This document shows, one piece after another, positions 13,567 to 27,898 of a DNA stretch of 64,000 nucleotides (its first letter is position 1; each line of letters begins with the position of its first letter). The notes beneath the pieces were generated by a model that saw only the letters and a program-made list of their open reading frames with translations, did no database searches and was not told the origin of the DNA. Source of the DNA: Octopus vulgaris (Eukaryota); assembly GCA_951406725.2 (NCBI GenBank), contig OX597821.1, forward strand, positions 2,852,001 to 2,916,000. Direction: 5' to 3'. The position numbers and the translations under genes were made by a program.

Positions 13567-13725
13567 ACGGGCTTCTTTCAGTTTTCGTCGACCAAATCTA
13601 CTCACAAGGCCTGGTCGGCTCGAGGCTATAGTAGACGACACTTGAGCAAGGTGACACGCAGTGGCACTGAACCCAGAACCATGTTGTTGGTAAGGAAGCT
13701 ATTTACCACACAGCCACTCTTGCGC
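13282..13725 (-). mobile_element. Full-length SINE family A (CORE-type)
   Basis: Colinear reverse complement of 53392-53800. Confidence 0.9.
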
Positions 13726-13849
13726 ACCCGCGTATGTAGATATTCTATCAATTAAACTACATGCAGACATATATGATTGATCTCGTTAAAAATTTAAGTA
13801 TCTGGATGGTTCCCTCAGCAGTAGGACGTTGGCAGACAACGCTTGAATG

Positions 13850-15130
13850 TTTACGCCTGCTTTGCGTCGATCTTCACAATGCACACATTATGGAATTCTC
13901 ATCCAAATCTAATTTGTTCTACTTCTTCAATATACCAAAAAAAAGCGCAAGGCATAACGGGCAAAATTTCGCCTGGTGTTTCCTCTTTTGAGACTTTCAG
14001 TTGTTCCAAACATTACATTGTTTCTTCCATTAACGTTTTACAATACCTCGAGAACACGATCCTCTATTCCTGCGACCTTTCAAACGAAAAGCCCCGAGCA
14101 ATAGTCTCTCAAAATAGGCAATGTCTATAACCATTCCTAAAACCTTCCATCTCCGCTCCCTTTCAAAATCTTACATGCGAACACAAATTGAGTAACATTT
14201 TGTTTATCTCCTTGAATATCGCTTCCTCCTTAAAACGAGTTTACTCTCGATTGTATCTGTCATAAGACACAAACTATTGGGTATACGATCGCCAAAAAAA
14301 AATGATGAATACTCCAAAGAATGTTGATGTAGAGTAGCTCTCCTCATTAATTATAATTTCGTTGTTTTGTTGTACACCAATCCTTTGGGAAAACCACAAC
14401 TCAATGAGTTCGTTCTCTCAAACGTCTTTCCATATGCGGCTTAATTTAAGATGTCAACCTGCTGGTGTGCACTGATAATGTGCAATAAATTAAATGCTGA
14501 GTGCCCTACGTGCTGTAGCCTCCAACAATGCCCAGTGCTATGCTGATGATATGCATGACGAAATTCCCATTAAAAACTTAAACTAAATGCTCGTCCACCA
14601 GCTGAGCCAAGATATTTCATAACAAATATACTGTGATTCCATAAGCTGGGATTTGGAGATTGTCCACCAATGATGTTATACTAATCTTGAAAGACACAAT
14701 CTCTGCAGATATACTACATTTATCGCATCATGTTTCTCTAAGCAGCAAAAGCTAGGAATTGGACTCACCTTCAATAAGGTCTCTCAAAATTAAGCCACAT
14801 GCTAAGAGCCATCCGGTAGAGAGCGCTGCAAAATGATTGACTTCACTCTTCAGGAACACGAAGTATTCCCAGTCACCACCACAATTTAACCTGTCACCAA
14901 AAAATATGGAACTCATAATGAATTAAGGCTTCTACATGGTGGATGTTGCTCTTACTATTCAAACCAAATATTCCGTACAACCTTAACTGAGAAATCTGTT
15001 GATTTATTGCCATGAGTTTAATCGAAACATACCCCAGAATAATCTATAGCATAAAGACTTATTATTTCCACACTCTTAATTTCTTCCCTAAATACATAAG
15101 TATTTAGAGTATGTGAGAGAGGGTTGTTCT
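13850..15130 (+). mobile_element. Highly degenerate CR1/L2-group LINE RT relics
   Basis: tatgctgatgat (YADD) at 14539, GLTFN and IME.SS-like C-terminal motifs; many stops and frameshifts. Confidence 0.4.
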
Positions 15131-15279
15131 GGTCGTACACAGATTTCTAATTTCAGCTCTCAAATGGTGTTCAGCTAAATGCACACACAATTACACCCAT
15201 TATATCCTCACGGGATGTGTGTTATATGTAATCTCTACTTACTAGTGAGAGTTCTTTCGCTGTCTATTTTAATGAAGAC

Positions 15280-15480
15280 CATGACGTTATCGTTGTATTT
15301 CGGAATGGTCATTTTGCCAGTTTAGCCAATAAAAACACACGCACTATATATTTGGTGTTACTTTGCTTCAGTGTTATTTATATTATACATTAAACTTAAT
15401 CTTATTCCGTCCCGAGTTCTTTCGTCGCACTCCTGTGACTGCATCAGTGGTCCTTTGCTTTCTTCTTTCTTATTTATCAA
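15280..15480 (-). mobile_element. PLE pLTR-like fragment with degenerate HHR (15411-15450)
   Basis: Minus: cca-CTGATGC-a-gtcac aggagt gcgac-GAAA-gaac-TC-ggg. Confidence 0.5.
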
Positions 15481-15791
15481 ACGCATGACGTTATTGATTG
15501 CTCGAAACTTAGTGGGCCAGTGTAAGTTATGTTCTTAATGAAATTCTTCCTCCTCACATACATAATGAAATCGAAGTCACCATTGACACACGAGGAAGTG
15601 TCACAGTCCTCGATCTGACGGCGCCAAATAAAAGTAGCTAATGTTCTGTCAGATCTAAGATCATTTCTATGTATACTAAATTGCTTGGACTCCAGCTTGG
15701 GATCAATCAACTATAGTACTAAAACACGCGAAACCGTACACACACAAAACATTTACCTCTATACATACGCACGTTGATACATACATATTTA

Positions 15792-15846
<55 letters not shown>

Positions 15847-17454
15847 CGTCTTCTTGCAGTATGTAATGAACCTACGCTAAATATACTGAACAACGTAATC
15901 TAACATTGAAGGTTGAAATTATGTAAACTGCAGTTCACATAATTCCAAGTTGACAATCTCTTTCACATCCATATGCATCTCTAAAACATTTGACAAACAT
16001 TGTAGCATAATGCTTATCGAATTCGTATTCTGTTTCATAAAAAATGGCCATGCAACTAAACAGAAGCCAGCGGCATATGTAATATTATGCGTACATGTCT
16101 GTAAATCTATATGAGTAAGAATATAGGTAAAATTATGTAAAGCTATCTCATCAGCAATGTGTGTAGAAATATGTAAATCTATATGCGTAGTAACATGCGT
16201 TGAAACACGAGTAAAACATGTGGAAAAATTGAGCGTGGTATTTGCATAATATTCTATATGTAAGCTTTGCATTAAAGAGTAGGCTGCTTGTCTAAATCAG
16301 AAAAATATTTCAAAGTACCTTGAGGAAGGATCAGCTTAATTAAGCAAGTCAATCCTTTACTCGCTTGTTCATATTCCTCTAGGTTAAAATAGGATCTTTC
16401 TCTAAAAGATTCTTAAAAATTTAAGTAATTTGTTGAAAGATGCTCCATAGATTAGGAGAACATATAAATATTTTTTATGCTCTGACGTGTAATTCCTGTT
16501 TACGTGTAATTATGAAGTATTCTTATCTTATATTTTCGTTCTACAGGGTAAAAGTGATTTAATTCCTATTCGTTCGAATCGCTATATTTAATGCACAAAA
16601 CAATGATATGTCTGTAGGCATATTTCTCGTCTCTTATATTTTATCTTATAAGTTTAAATGTAAATCGATGATTGGAGGGTGAACAGAAAGCCAAGGGATA
16701 TATACGAAGTGAGGAAATAAAATTTATGAAGACGTTAAAAGCTTTGCTAATAAATAATTGTAAACGTATAAAGCTGAAAGTGTTAACTCATGGCAGCTGG
16801 TTTGACACCGGAAAATCGAATATGTTTTGCTAGTGGCATAAATTCTCAATTATTGATGAATTAGTATGATTAACCGAACCATTAGTCACCCATAACACGT
16901 TTTAGAATTAATCTTTTCTTTACAGCAGATTTATATTTTTGCCTGGTTAGAATATTTTGTTTTTAAATCTTATTGGCATTTTTTAGCGTATATGTAATCA
17001 GGCGTTTCAGCATTGATTGATATTCTGATTCAAGTGGCATGTAACGTATTCTGTAATTCATTTATTCTTATACTGGCTTCCAACTCTAATATGGAACGCC
17101 CTTCCGTGGTTGATATCTCATGATTTCAATGAAACCACTATTTGGTCTGGTATATATTTACGCTGTTCTATTAGTGGAACGCAAAAATTTCCCTTCGTCC
17201 ATATGGTCGAAATTGAGTTCCTAAGATATAGTTTTTGGATGTATCGCTTTTTTCCTTTTTTGAAAAAGCGGCTTTCAACTCATTATTTACATACTAATAT
17301 TGAGAGCTTTATATGCTTCGAGATAAGTTGCTCGAAACAGGACTTAGTTCACAGTCTCTCGAAAATTTTTATGACATATCAACATACAAACACGCACTAA
17401 CACACATGTGACCTATGGCGTTTGTAAGATTCTGTGTGGGTGTATTTCGTTATA

Positions 17455-17719
17455 CACGTTTCGGTCATTAGACTACGGCCATGTTGTGGCACCGCCTTGC
17501 AGATCTTTTAGTCAAATACAAACTGCCTAGTATTTATTTCTTAAAGGTCTGCAGATTATCCTCTTTGCCTGTTTTGCTGAACCGCTAAGTTATGTTTCTG
17601 AAGAGGACATGGAAGGACAAAAACAGACACACACAGACACGCTCTTTTTACACAAACACATACACACACTTTCACATATATGTGTGTGTGTGTGTGTGTT
17701 TGTATGTGTATCTGTGTGC

Positions 17720-17760
<41 letters not shown>

Positions 17761-17944
17761 TTAAAAAATTATAATTTAGAGTACGTAAGAGATACATCCA
17801 CGCTGGAAATAGAAGTCAAAACTTGACTGTAAAACCACATTAAATGTTCATACAGCACAGCATTTTAAATAATTATTACCTTTGAAAGGTTTTTATTCCA
17901 ATGCTGGCCACCTGATGAGACGGTATTTTAAATATCGATCTTAT

Positions 17945-18016
<72 letters not shown>

Positions 18017-18170
18017 GGCGTGCTTCCTTTAGTTGCCGTCTATCAAATCCCTTCCCAAGATTTTGGTCGGCCCGAAACAATAGTAGAAAACACTTGCTCC
18101 AGGTGCTATGCAGTGAGAGTGATCCCCTAACCAAATGTCTGGGAAGCAAGTTCTTACCACAAATCCTCGC
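17455..18170 (-). mobile_element. SINE family A halves (3' half about 17455-17640, 5' half about 18016-18170) separated by microsatellites and about 180 bp of other DNA
   Basis: Similarity to 53392-53800. Confidence 0.65.
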
Positions 18171-18329
18171 TAAATATATAACCATATTTTTTTTATAATT
18201 TTAGCTATTTCAGTCCTTAGACTACGGGTGTGCTGTGGCACTACCTTCGAAAAGTTTACTGCAATGAATTGATACCAGTACTCTTTTTCCATGTTTTAAC
18301 CTTGGTACTTATACAATCCATATAACTAG

Positions 18330-18678
<349 letters not shown>

Positions 18679-19188
18679 TATATGGTGTTTAACGCAGGTG
18701 TAATTTAAATCCAATGATTTGAATAACACCGTTTGACTCCATTGCTTAATTTATCCATGCTATATAAGATCAGCTCATTTAACACTTTATAAGTAGGCTT
18801 TATTATCCTTGGCACTTATGGGATCTGCTACGGTGGTAACTATTTATTTATTCTTCCTTGTGATGCATTTGTATGAATGTATATGTGTGTGGGTGAGTGG
18901 ATGTAAATGCATGTGTGCATTCACACGCATTTGTGTTAATATATAACAATCAAAACGACTTAGTCTATAAAATTCCTGCAGAATATATTCGACATACTTG
19001 TTTCAGTCTTTTAAAATGAAACTGTGAATCTCTGGAACCATTCAATATGAACTGAGCAAATTTATATTTTCCAAATTAATTGTAAGATACTAATAGGAAA
19101 ATAAGAAAATTGTGTAATAATATAAATGAAACCGGAACATTACTCGTATCTTTATTGAAATACATATAGATATAGTACTTCTCCATAT

Positions 19189-19249
<61 letters not shown>

Positions 19250-19282
19250 TAGTTAGATAGATATGCATATATATATATATAC

Positions 19283-19325
<43 letters not shown>

Positions 19326-19714
19326 TGTTAGATATACAGGTTAAATATGCGTGTATATATATATATATATGCATGTATGGTTTATGAATGTACTACATTC
19401 GGCAGTCGAATGCAAAACAAAATTTAAGACTAATTCATTTAGCAAAAATCTCCAAAATCTCTCTAGAGAATCTATATTGGCTGATTCCCATCATCGACAT
19501 CTCTTAATCATTCAAATATTTTAATGCTTTTCTCCAGTGAAGCCATATATCCGCCAAGCAAAATTTGGAAGACACGCACACAATTTCAAGCACACACACA
19601 CACACAAACACAAACACACACAAACACAAACACACACACTCACGCACACACATACAGGCACAGAGAGAAAAACATGCATACACACATTTATTAGCAATTA
19701 TGTCGTTTTAGAAA

Positions 19715-19772
<58 letters not shown>

Positions 19773-19782
19773 TGTCTGTATG

Positions 19783-19823
<41 letters not shown>

Positions 19824-20318
19824 ATGTGTCTGTGTGAGTGTACGTACACATATAAACTGGTACAGAGTCATGTGTATATACTAGTGTCTGTGTCCGTATG
19901 TCTGCACACATCATCATTCATTTGTAGAGTAAATATATCATCTCATATTTCTATGTAACATCTAAGAATCCGCATACAAGTTCAACACATTTAGGGATGG
20001 TGATACACAATGTTGATTAGTATTAACTTCTATAATAAACTACGCACACACACGCGCGCACACATACAAACGCAGTCTCGGCAGCGCACTCTAAATGGGC
20101 CTATTGTAAATATTTAGACCTCTGTACATGTGTGCATCGCAAATACCACTTATATATACTCTTTATTTATGTTTATTTACAGTGTTACTGTATCTTTACC
20201 TATTATAATCCTGACTTCTAGTTTATATATGTATATATATATATATGTACATTATATATGAATATATATGCATATATATACATACATATATATGTATATA
20301 CATATAAAATTTTTTATC

Positions 20319-20450
20319 ATAATGAGATAAAAATAAACCAAGGCGTAGAAGATTTTAGTACGTTTATAGATAGGTCTTAAAGCTGTTTCCAGGATAATTA
20401 TTATATCCCTTCATCGGAGAAGGTGTGGAGGAATAGTTAAGTAATAGTTA
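20319..20450 (-). mobile_element. PLE pLTR-like fragment with HHR (20375-20420)
   Basis: Minus: tct-CCGATGA-agggata taataat tatcctg-GAAA-cagctt-TA-aga; adjacent to a TA tract. Confidence 0.6.
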
Positions 20451-20570
20451 ATTTAGATATGACGCAAAAGAGAGAGGGAGATGGATGAAAGAAAATAGAT
20501 GTGAGGTATGTAGGGATATTGAATTTGTAGATCCATATTTAGGCAAAAATGGTATATGTGTAAGGTTCCA

Positions 20571-20612
<42 letters not shown>

Positions 20613-21221
20613 TTGTGTGTGCGATTGGTCCCTGCTTTTGGATAATAAACAGTATATATACTTTTTATAGTAAATGAAATTCGGACACTAGCTGACCAGT
20701 TATCAATATATTGGTCTTTCAACCAAAGCTATATCAAATATAGAGCATATTATCTCTTTATACAGCTATCGTATCCCAATTTCACTTCATATCAATTAAA
20801 ATAGTATCGCTTCTGAAGGCATGTGTATAATATTATAATATATATATATATATACAGACACATATATATTTATACACAATCAAACACACACATGCATACA
20901 CTCACACACACATACACGCGTGCGCCTATATGTGTTCTAGTCTTTATAGCATTAAGTGATGTGCTTGAACAATAACTATACCTAGAATGACTCGCTCCAC
21001 GTTTCTACCGAAAGTTTATTAAATTCCTGAGCCGTAAAATGTATGTATGTACGTACGTTGTATGTATGCATGTATGTTTGTATGTATTTGTCTATCTATC
21101 TCTCTGTATGCCTGTCTAAATTTCCATATACACATATTAATAAGTAAACTCATACATACATATTTCCTTTTCCATATATATACATACCTACACACATATA
21201 TACATACATGCATACGTACAT

Positions 21222-21285
<64 letters not shown>

Positions 21286-21290
<5 letters not shown>

Positions 21291-22910
21291 TTAGAGATAA
21301 AACCACTATTAGGCAAATCAAACAGTGAAAACCATCAATCAAAAAAACATAGAAATAAAACTAATTAATATAATTATACAAAATATATAAAATATAAAAT
21401 TCAAAATTTAAATTAATTAAATTTAAAGTTAATTATTTTTTTAAAATTATTAATATATATATATATATTATTTTTACTCAGCCAAAGAGATATAAAGATC
21501 GTTAACAGTAATACGAGTTTTTTTTAAAGTTAGGTTTCATGTATATACATGTATTGATAGCATAAATTTTAGTCTTTAATAACTATATTAGATGATAGTT
21601 ATTTTAAATATATTATAATTGTTATTATAACTTATATATTGCTTTTTTAATTGATAATTGGTAGATGTATTTCTTCCATTGATAAATATATTCGTAGTAT
21701 TTATTGGATACTATATAATTAGGGATTGATTATTTCATTAAGTATTTTACGATTTCATTTTAGTTCTTAACTATACGGTTTTTGTAAGTTATTAATTAGC
21801 CAACGAGATATATGGATCGTTAGTTAGCTATAGTGTTCTTTTAAGTTTGTTTGTTTTTTTTACAATTTGCTTTTTCATCTTAAATCTTTTAATATATTTA
21901 TAAGTAATAATGAATAATTAATTTATTAGGTCTTTATTATACGTGCATGTATATTTATTGATATAGATAATTTTAAATCTTAATTCTCGTAGTTATATAC
22001 ATTTATTTATATTCATTGATAAATTAGTTATTATTCAAATATTATATACTTATTTGACTTGAAATTAAATTTAATAATATGAATAGTGATTTTTTGTTAA
22101 ATATTTAGGTAATTAGATATTGACTATAACTGAGATTAGATTATTTGTGCGTTTATTATGTTTTTTAAAGCCATATTATATCTCAATAGACAAATACATG
22201 TTCTATATATTCTTACCTTAAAAATTAATACTTAAATATTAATATTTAACAGTGTAATCGATTATATGGCATAATCATAATCGTTAAAGATTCTAGTTTG
22301 ATAATAGAGTTTGTTATAAGAAAAATTATTATTTTATTTATTTCTTTAAAAATATTGTTTAAATATATTTGATTATTTATTTAAGAATTATTATTAACCT
22401 GAAGATTGACTATAACTATAATTCGAATTATTACTTGAATTTAAATTATTGTTATTCGAATTAGGTTACGGGCATGAAACGATCGTAGTGCTTTTACTTT
22501 TTTTCTTATATTAAACTTTTTAATACTTTTTGATAGTTATATATATTTAATTTAAAATAAAGAAATAAAGAAATATATAATTAAATAAATAAAAGATAAA
22601 AATAAAAATAATGATAAAAATAAAAATTATATATATATATATAAATTTGTAAGTATAAATTAATAATTAAAAGTAATTTTTTTGAAATTTTAAATTTAAA
22701 TTTGGAATTTAATATTTTATATATTTTGTATATTATATTAATTAATTTTATTTCTATGTTTTGATTTATGTTTTTCACTGTTTGATTTGCCTAATAGTGG
22801 TTTTATTTCTAATTTAATATATATAATTATACTGTAAAATTAGATTTAATCCTAAATCTAATTTTTCCCTGTAAGTTTGGATTTACTTCGTAATATTATT
22901 TATAAATTTA
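21286..22910 (+). mobile_element. 1.6-kb very AT-rich fold-back PLE-derived element with HHR at 22396-22490
   Basis: Inverted arms about 21286-21425 / 22690-22817, about 90-nt tail, (TA)n both sides; CTGAAGA...GAAACGATCGTA; short relative at 59346-59632. Confidence 0.75.
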
Positions 22911-24244
22911 TATATATATATATGTATTTTTTCATTCGTAGACACACACACTGAACACCTACATAGATATACACATTTATAAGTTATTTTATGTTTAATG
23001 ATTATATATTTCACCTCGTTAGTTTGTGAACGTGGTGATTAGCGTTGAATATTTCATCTGAAGTAGGAGAAAACGGTTTTTGTTTCACTGTGATGGTTTC
23101 CCCATTAAACTCTGGAAACAATGTAACCTTCGTCTGCAGAATTAACCAGCAATAAGATAACATTCGGACGAGTGTGGGATGTATTTGTCATTTATTTGTG
23201 TGGCGTTGAAAGAAATAAGAGATGAATACTGACCTTGTGAATGATTGCCGTTTGAAAAATGATTAATTACGTGTTTTCTTGCGTGTGAATGTGTTTGTGT
23301 GTTTTATTACTTTTTTCATGCTTAAGATGATAAAGTTAGCAACACTGATAGCATTGACAGTCCTTATTTATATCCATAGGAGAATGATCTCGTAGGCTAC
23401 AGACCAATTAAAAGTAAGGTTAGTGTTTCAAGTGTGTAAAAATCAATAATACAAACAATGTGTTGCTATATAACTACCATTCACCCAATAATTAGTAGTC
23501 ACCAAAAACTGATTCATTGTTAAGATATCTGTGAATCCGCTATAAATCAGAAACAATGGATAATACAATTATTATATATTTTTTTCTCTCTGTCTCTCTC
23601 TGAACTGAAAATGTAATTATTTCGAAATAAAACAGAATTACTATAAGAACTTGTATTAAAATGACTTCAAATATTTAAAATAAATCATTGAATGAAATGA
23701 ACAAAATAAAATTTCAGAATAAATAATTCTACGTGCAAATATCTATAAAATCCTTAGATATTTTTTTCTTTTCTATATAATAACAAACACAATTTTCAAA
23801 AGTTTTTCAATCATTTCATAAAATTTGGAAGCACAATGTATTATATATTTATAATTATATATACAATCAATTGTGAGTATTTCCAATAAATCTACCCGTG
23901 AGACGATAGTGATTCTCATATACATGAAGAAGACCATTTTTTCATAAAAATGATATTCTACAACTTCTCTGACAATGACTCCTTCATTAATATATATTCC
24001 TCCCATGTGAAAACGAATTTATTTTAAACTATGTGAAATGGGTAATAAAATAATTAAAGAAAGCATGCCAAATGATATAGTTCCAGGATAGTTTTCCATT
24101 GACTCTTTTAGCAATATTCCTGTTCTCTGATTAGTTAGAGATAGTTGCATTACTCGTCGCGAACTAGAATTAATAGAATTGGAGCGCATAAAGGTGTTCA
24201 ATATGTTAATATAGGTTTCAAATTTTGTCTCAAAACAGCAGTTT

Positions 24245-24425
24245 TGGGGAAGGACTAAGTCGATTACATCTACCGTAGCGCTCAACTGGTAATTATTTCA
24301 TCGTATCCGAAAAGAGGAAGAGTAAAGTCTATCGCGGTTTAATTTTGATCTCAGAGCGTAATGACAGACCAAATTTCGATATGCAGTTTGCTCAGAGTCG
24401 AGACGTTTCTGCCTGTTCGCCGCCT
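24245..24425 (-). mobile_element. SINE family B, degenerate
   Basis: taagtcgattacatc...ctcaactggta...gttcgccgcct. Confidence 0.65.
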
Positions 24426-24592
24426 GACGAAAATATCAATATCACAGAATGTTTGCAGTGAAGGAATTCGTTTTTGAGAAAGTACAAGAAAAAGAAAGTA
24501 CAAGAAAATTCTATGATCCGCTTCTTGAAAATTTGACCCCTTGGGAAATAAGCCAGCAGGATGCAGAACTATGACATAAACTGGTTCCTACA

Positions 24593-26026
24593 TATAGCTG
24601 TCCTCAAATTATTCATAATCTTGATTTAAAGAATCATGGCTATTTTTATGACTGCTTCCAGACACGATTCTTGTACTTGTCCACAAGTTTCCTGTATGTC
24701 TCCTGTGAGATGTTGGCCCACTTTTCCTTCGCGAAAATCTCGAGCTGGGTGACGTTGATCAGTTTCCTAGCCATTACACTGGTCCTCAACTCGCGCCACA
24801 AGTTATCAATCGGATTCAGGTTTTGATTCTGAGTTGGCTATTCTAGGACGTTGAACTTTTTGTTCTTGAACCATTTCTTCACTTGCTTGGTGATATCATT
24901 ATGATCATTGCCCTAATGTCACTTCCAGTTGTAGCTGAGTTGGAGTTTCTCAGCGGATAACTTCCCGATTTCATCAAGACTCCTGATGTAATCTTCCTTT
25001 CTTATGATTCCTTGGACTCTGACAATGTTCTCTGTGCCACTGGAGGAGAAGCATCCCCATAACATTATGTTTCCACCACCATGCTTGGTGGTGGTTACAG
25101 TGTTCTCTGAATTGTATGCTTCTCCATTCTTCTTCCAGAGGTATCCAGCATGCATATGGCTAACGTCGCCTCATCAGACCACATGATGGTTGAACAAAAG
25201 TCGGGGTCTTGCGTCAGATAGCCTCTAGCAATGGCCAGGCGAGCCTCCAGATGTTTCTTCCTGAGCAGCGACGCGACCTCTTCTGCGCAAAACACGCTCA
25301 ATGCTGAACCGTGACACTTTCGTCCCTGCCTGGTCGAGAGTTTCAATTGGGGCCTTGATTGTGGTCCAGGGGTTGTTGTTGACCCCTCACCAGATCTTTC
25401 TGGCATGTTTGCGAGACACCATACGGTTCCTGTCAAGCCCACTCATGGTTTTATCAGTATTGAACTTCTTGTGCTTATTGATTATGCTCTGTACTGTTGC
25501 TACATGGACATAATATTGATTTGAAATGGCCTTTTAATATTTCCCTTCACTGTGGGCACGCACAAAACGTTGACGTAGGCCCTGACTGGGCTCCTTCTTT
25601 TCGGCCATGGAGATCAGAAACTGAGGATGACCAGACCACTTTCCCTCTATTTATACCTGACCCCTCTCGTGGTTTTTGCCAAAGAAGAGTGGTTCATCAT
25701 CCCGGAGACATGCAAGAAAATTGTGAGCACGTACAAGAATCGGCTAGAAACAGTCATACAAAAACAAAGGCTATGCTATTGACTATCAAAGAAAGATTCG
25801 GGACTCAGTAAACCTAAGGTGTGAATAATTTTCAACACGGCATAAAACAATCGACGAATAAAATACCCCTGAAATGAAAATTTGTTGAGTTGTGCAATGT
25901 TATTCCTTCACTTGTTGGTCACATATAACTCATAAACAAACTTGACAAAATGCATTCATTCCATAACAAAAGGAAACATATCACAAAACCTCACAAGAAT
26001 ATGAACAATTTTGAAGACGACGTGTA
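24593..26026 (-). mobile_element. Degenerate Tc1-like (DD34E) transposon
   Basis: MWSDE, KHGGGNIMLWGCFS and LNPIDNLW motifs; termini gtcctcaaattattcata / tatgaacaattttgaagacgac. Confidence 0.9.
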
Positions 26027-26154
26027 TGAGTAGTATGTTACCCTTAATAAAAATTATGGCTTTGTATTTGTTAAAATGAACTGTTAAAAGTATAGAATGG
26101 TGTCCTAACATATTACAGTTGCATCATTTTATGAAATATACTACTCAGCTAATC

Positions 26155-26246
26155 AACGTATACAGCTACTAAACGTATACAGCTACTAAACGTATACAGC
26201 TACTAAACGTATACAGCTACTAAACGTATACAGCTACTAAACGTAT
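26155..26246. repeat. Perfect 17-bp minisatellite (aacgtatacagctacta) x about 5.4
   Basis: Direct observation. Confidence 0.95.
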
Positions 26247-27608
26247 GAGTGAAATTTTAGGTACACCTCTCCATTTCATTTAATAACGCATATTTATGAA
26301 GAATAAAGTCTTCGCGCCCACAAATCATTTTCGTCATAAACGTTTACATGTTTAAAAAATTAGAACCCATTTTAATATTTTGAGGAAATTGACAATTTCT
26401 GTAGCCATTACATTTAGTATATTATCTAATGTAGATAGGGGAGGTGTAATGACTCTAACCAATAAAATTGATAGAAGTTAGAGAGTATGGCAGAAGATAT
26501 ACTGACCGACAAGAGAAAAATGCTATCCTGGCGTATGATGTCAAACAAGATTAAGTTATAAATTCTACCACCTACCGAGCCAGACATAAATTAATTTTCA
26601 GCACAAATGTTGTTTAAAGGAGAGGTAAGTCTATTTATAGAGCTACTGATATTTGGAAGGTAGGATGTAATTCAACATCGCTGTAGAATATGGAAAATAA
26701 TTTCACTAAAACATAACAAAGCAAAAGGTTTTTCAATATTAATAAGGCTGCATAACAGGCTTTTCTTTCTCTGGTGGAATTGTAAATTATCTGAAGGCAG
26801 TCATGTTGTTGCAATTCATTCGGTGTGGTACAAACGTTGACATGGTTATTTAAGATAATTAACTGCAGTCACTCATAATGTAAACATGTTTATCCTACGG
26901 AACATAACTGATATTAAATGAAGGTTTTGCAAAAAGAATAAATTGTAGTTATTGGAATCTAAGGCATAATATCAAATTATACAGGTTTTACATAGAAAAG
27001 GTTACTACAGCTATGAGAAATATTAATTTAGTTTGACATAGTGCTAGGAAAATAAAAAAAAATCTACTAAATAATATTTAGATAATGTTCTGTTTCTATA
27101 CAGTATAATAGGAAATAATTCACACTAATATTTTAGTAACTTATTTCAATTATCATATGACTATTATAACTTAATTTAAGAAGATGAAAATCATTTAGTC
27201 CATGATACATTGGGATATTCTTGGTTATCTCTTCGCCATCTATTAGTGTCAGGGCCAGTTTATTTCTTTTAAGACAATGGTCACCCATGTGTATTTTTAT
27301 TATTCATGTAATTCATCTGTGCTCGTTTATCAGGGGTGTTTGGTAAAACCTAACAAACACTGTTAAACGAATCAGTGATACATGAATAGTCGAACATATA
27401 AAAGAAAAAAAAAATTAGTTCCTGACATCAGCTTGCGATGAGCATTGTAGATGGTCACCACGGAAAGCTTTTGCGGCACCAGCAGAATCTTTGACTTATC
27501 ACCTTTCTGTGTTATCACGGATCAATTCTTGATAAGTGTAATGCCGTTCACAACGTGCATGCCGTTTTCGCCTGAGTAAGCGATGAATAAATAATAAATG
27601 GGGATAAA

Positions 27609-27859
27609 TATTGGGTTGTCCGGAAAGTTCGTGCCGATTTTTAAATCGGGGATCTAATGGGCGAAGCGTAGGGCACCTTAGCCGGACGTTCGGTTCATCC
27701 CACATCACCAGTTCTGCTTACCAAAAGTGGCCCACTTGGCACCGTGCATTCGTCGTGGCATAACGGCGGCCGCCTCCGATCGGGAGAGGAGCGGCCCGTT
27801 TCGCCCGTTCCGAGTTCGAGAGTAGATCGAGGCCGTCAACGTCCCCGGGGCCTCCAGTC

Positions 27860-27898
<39 letters not shown>

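Noticed and set aside
14543-14570. CTGATGA...GAAA as a hammerhead
   Set aside because: No convincing stems; better explained as the YADD codons of a LINE RT relic
15919-16272. 117-aa ORF with THIDL repeats
   Set aside because: Looks like a degenerate short-period repeat; no splice or homology support
17912-17945. CTGATGA plus hairpin
   Set aside because: No GAAA or stem III follows
21430-22690. Extremely AT-rich block as a mitochondrial insertion
   Set aside because: No recognisable mitochondrial gene or tRNA; enclosed by fold-back arms and contains an HHR motif
26155-26246. 17-bp repeats here and at 4192-4290 as CRISPR-like arrays
   Set aside because: No spacers, head-to-tail tandem units, eukaryotic context
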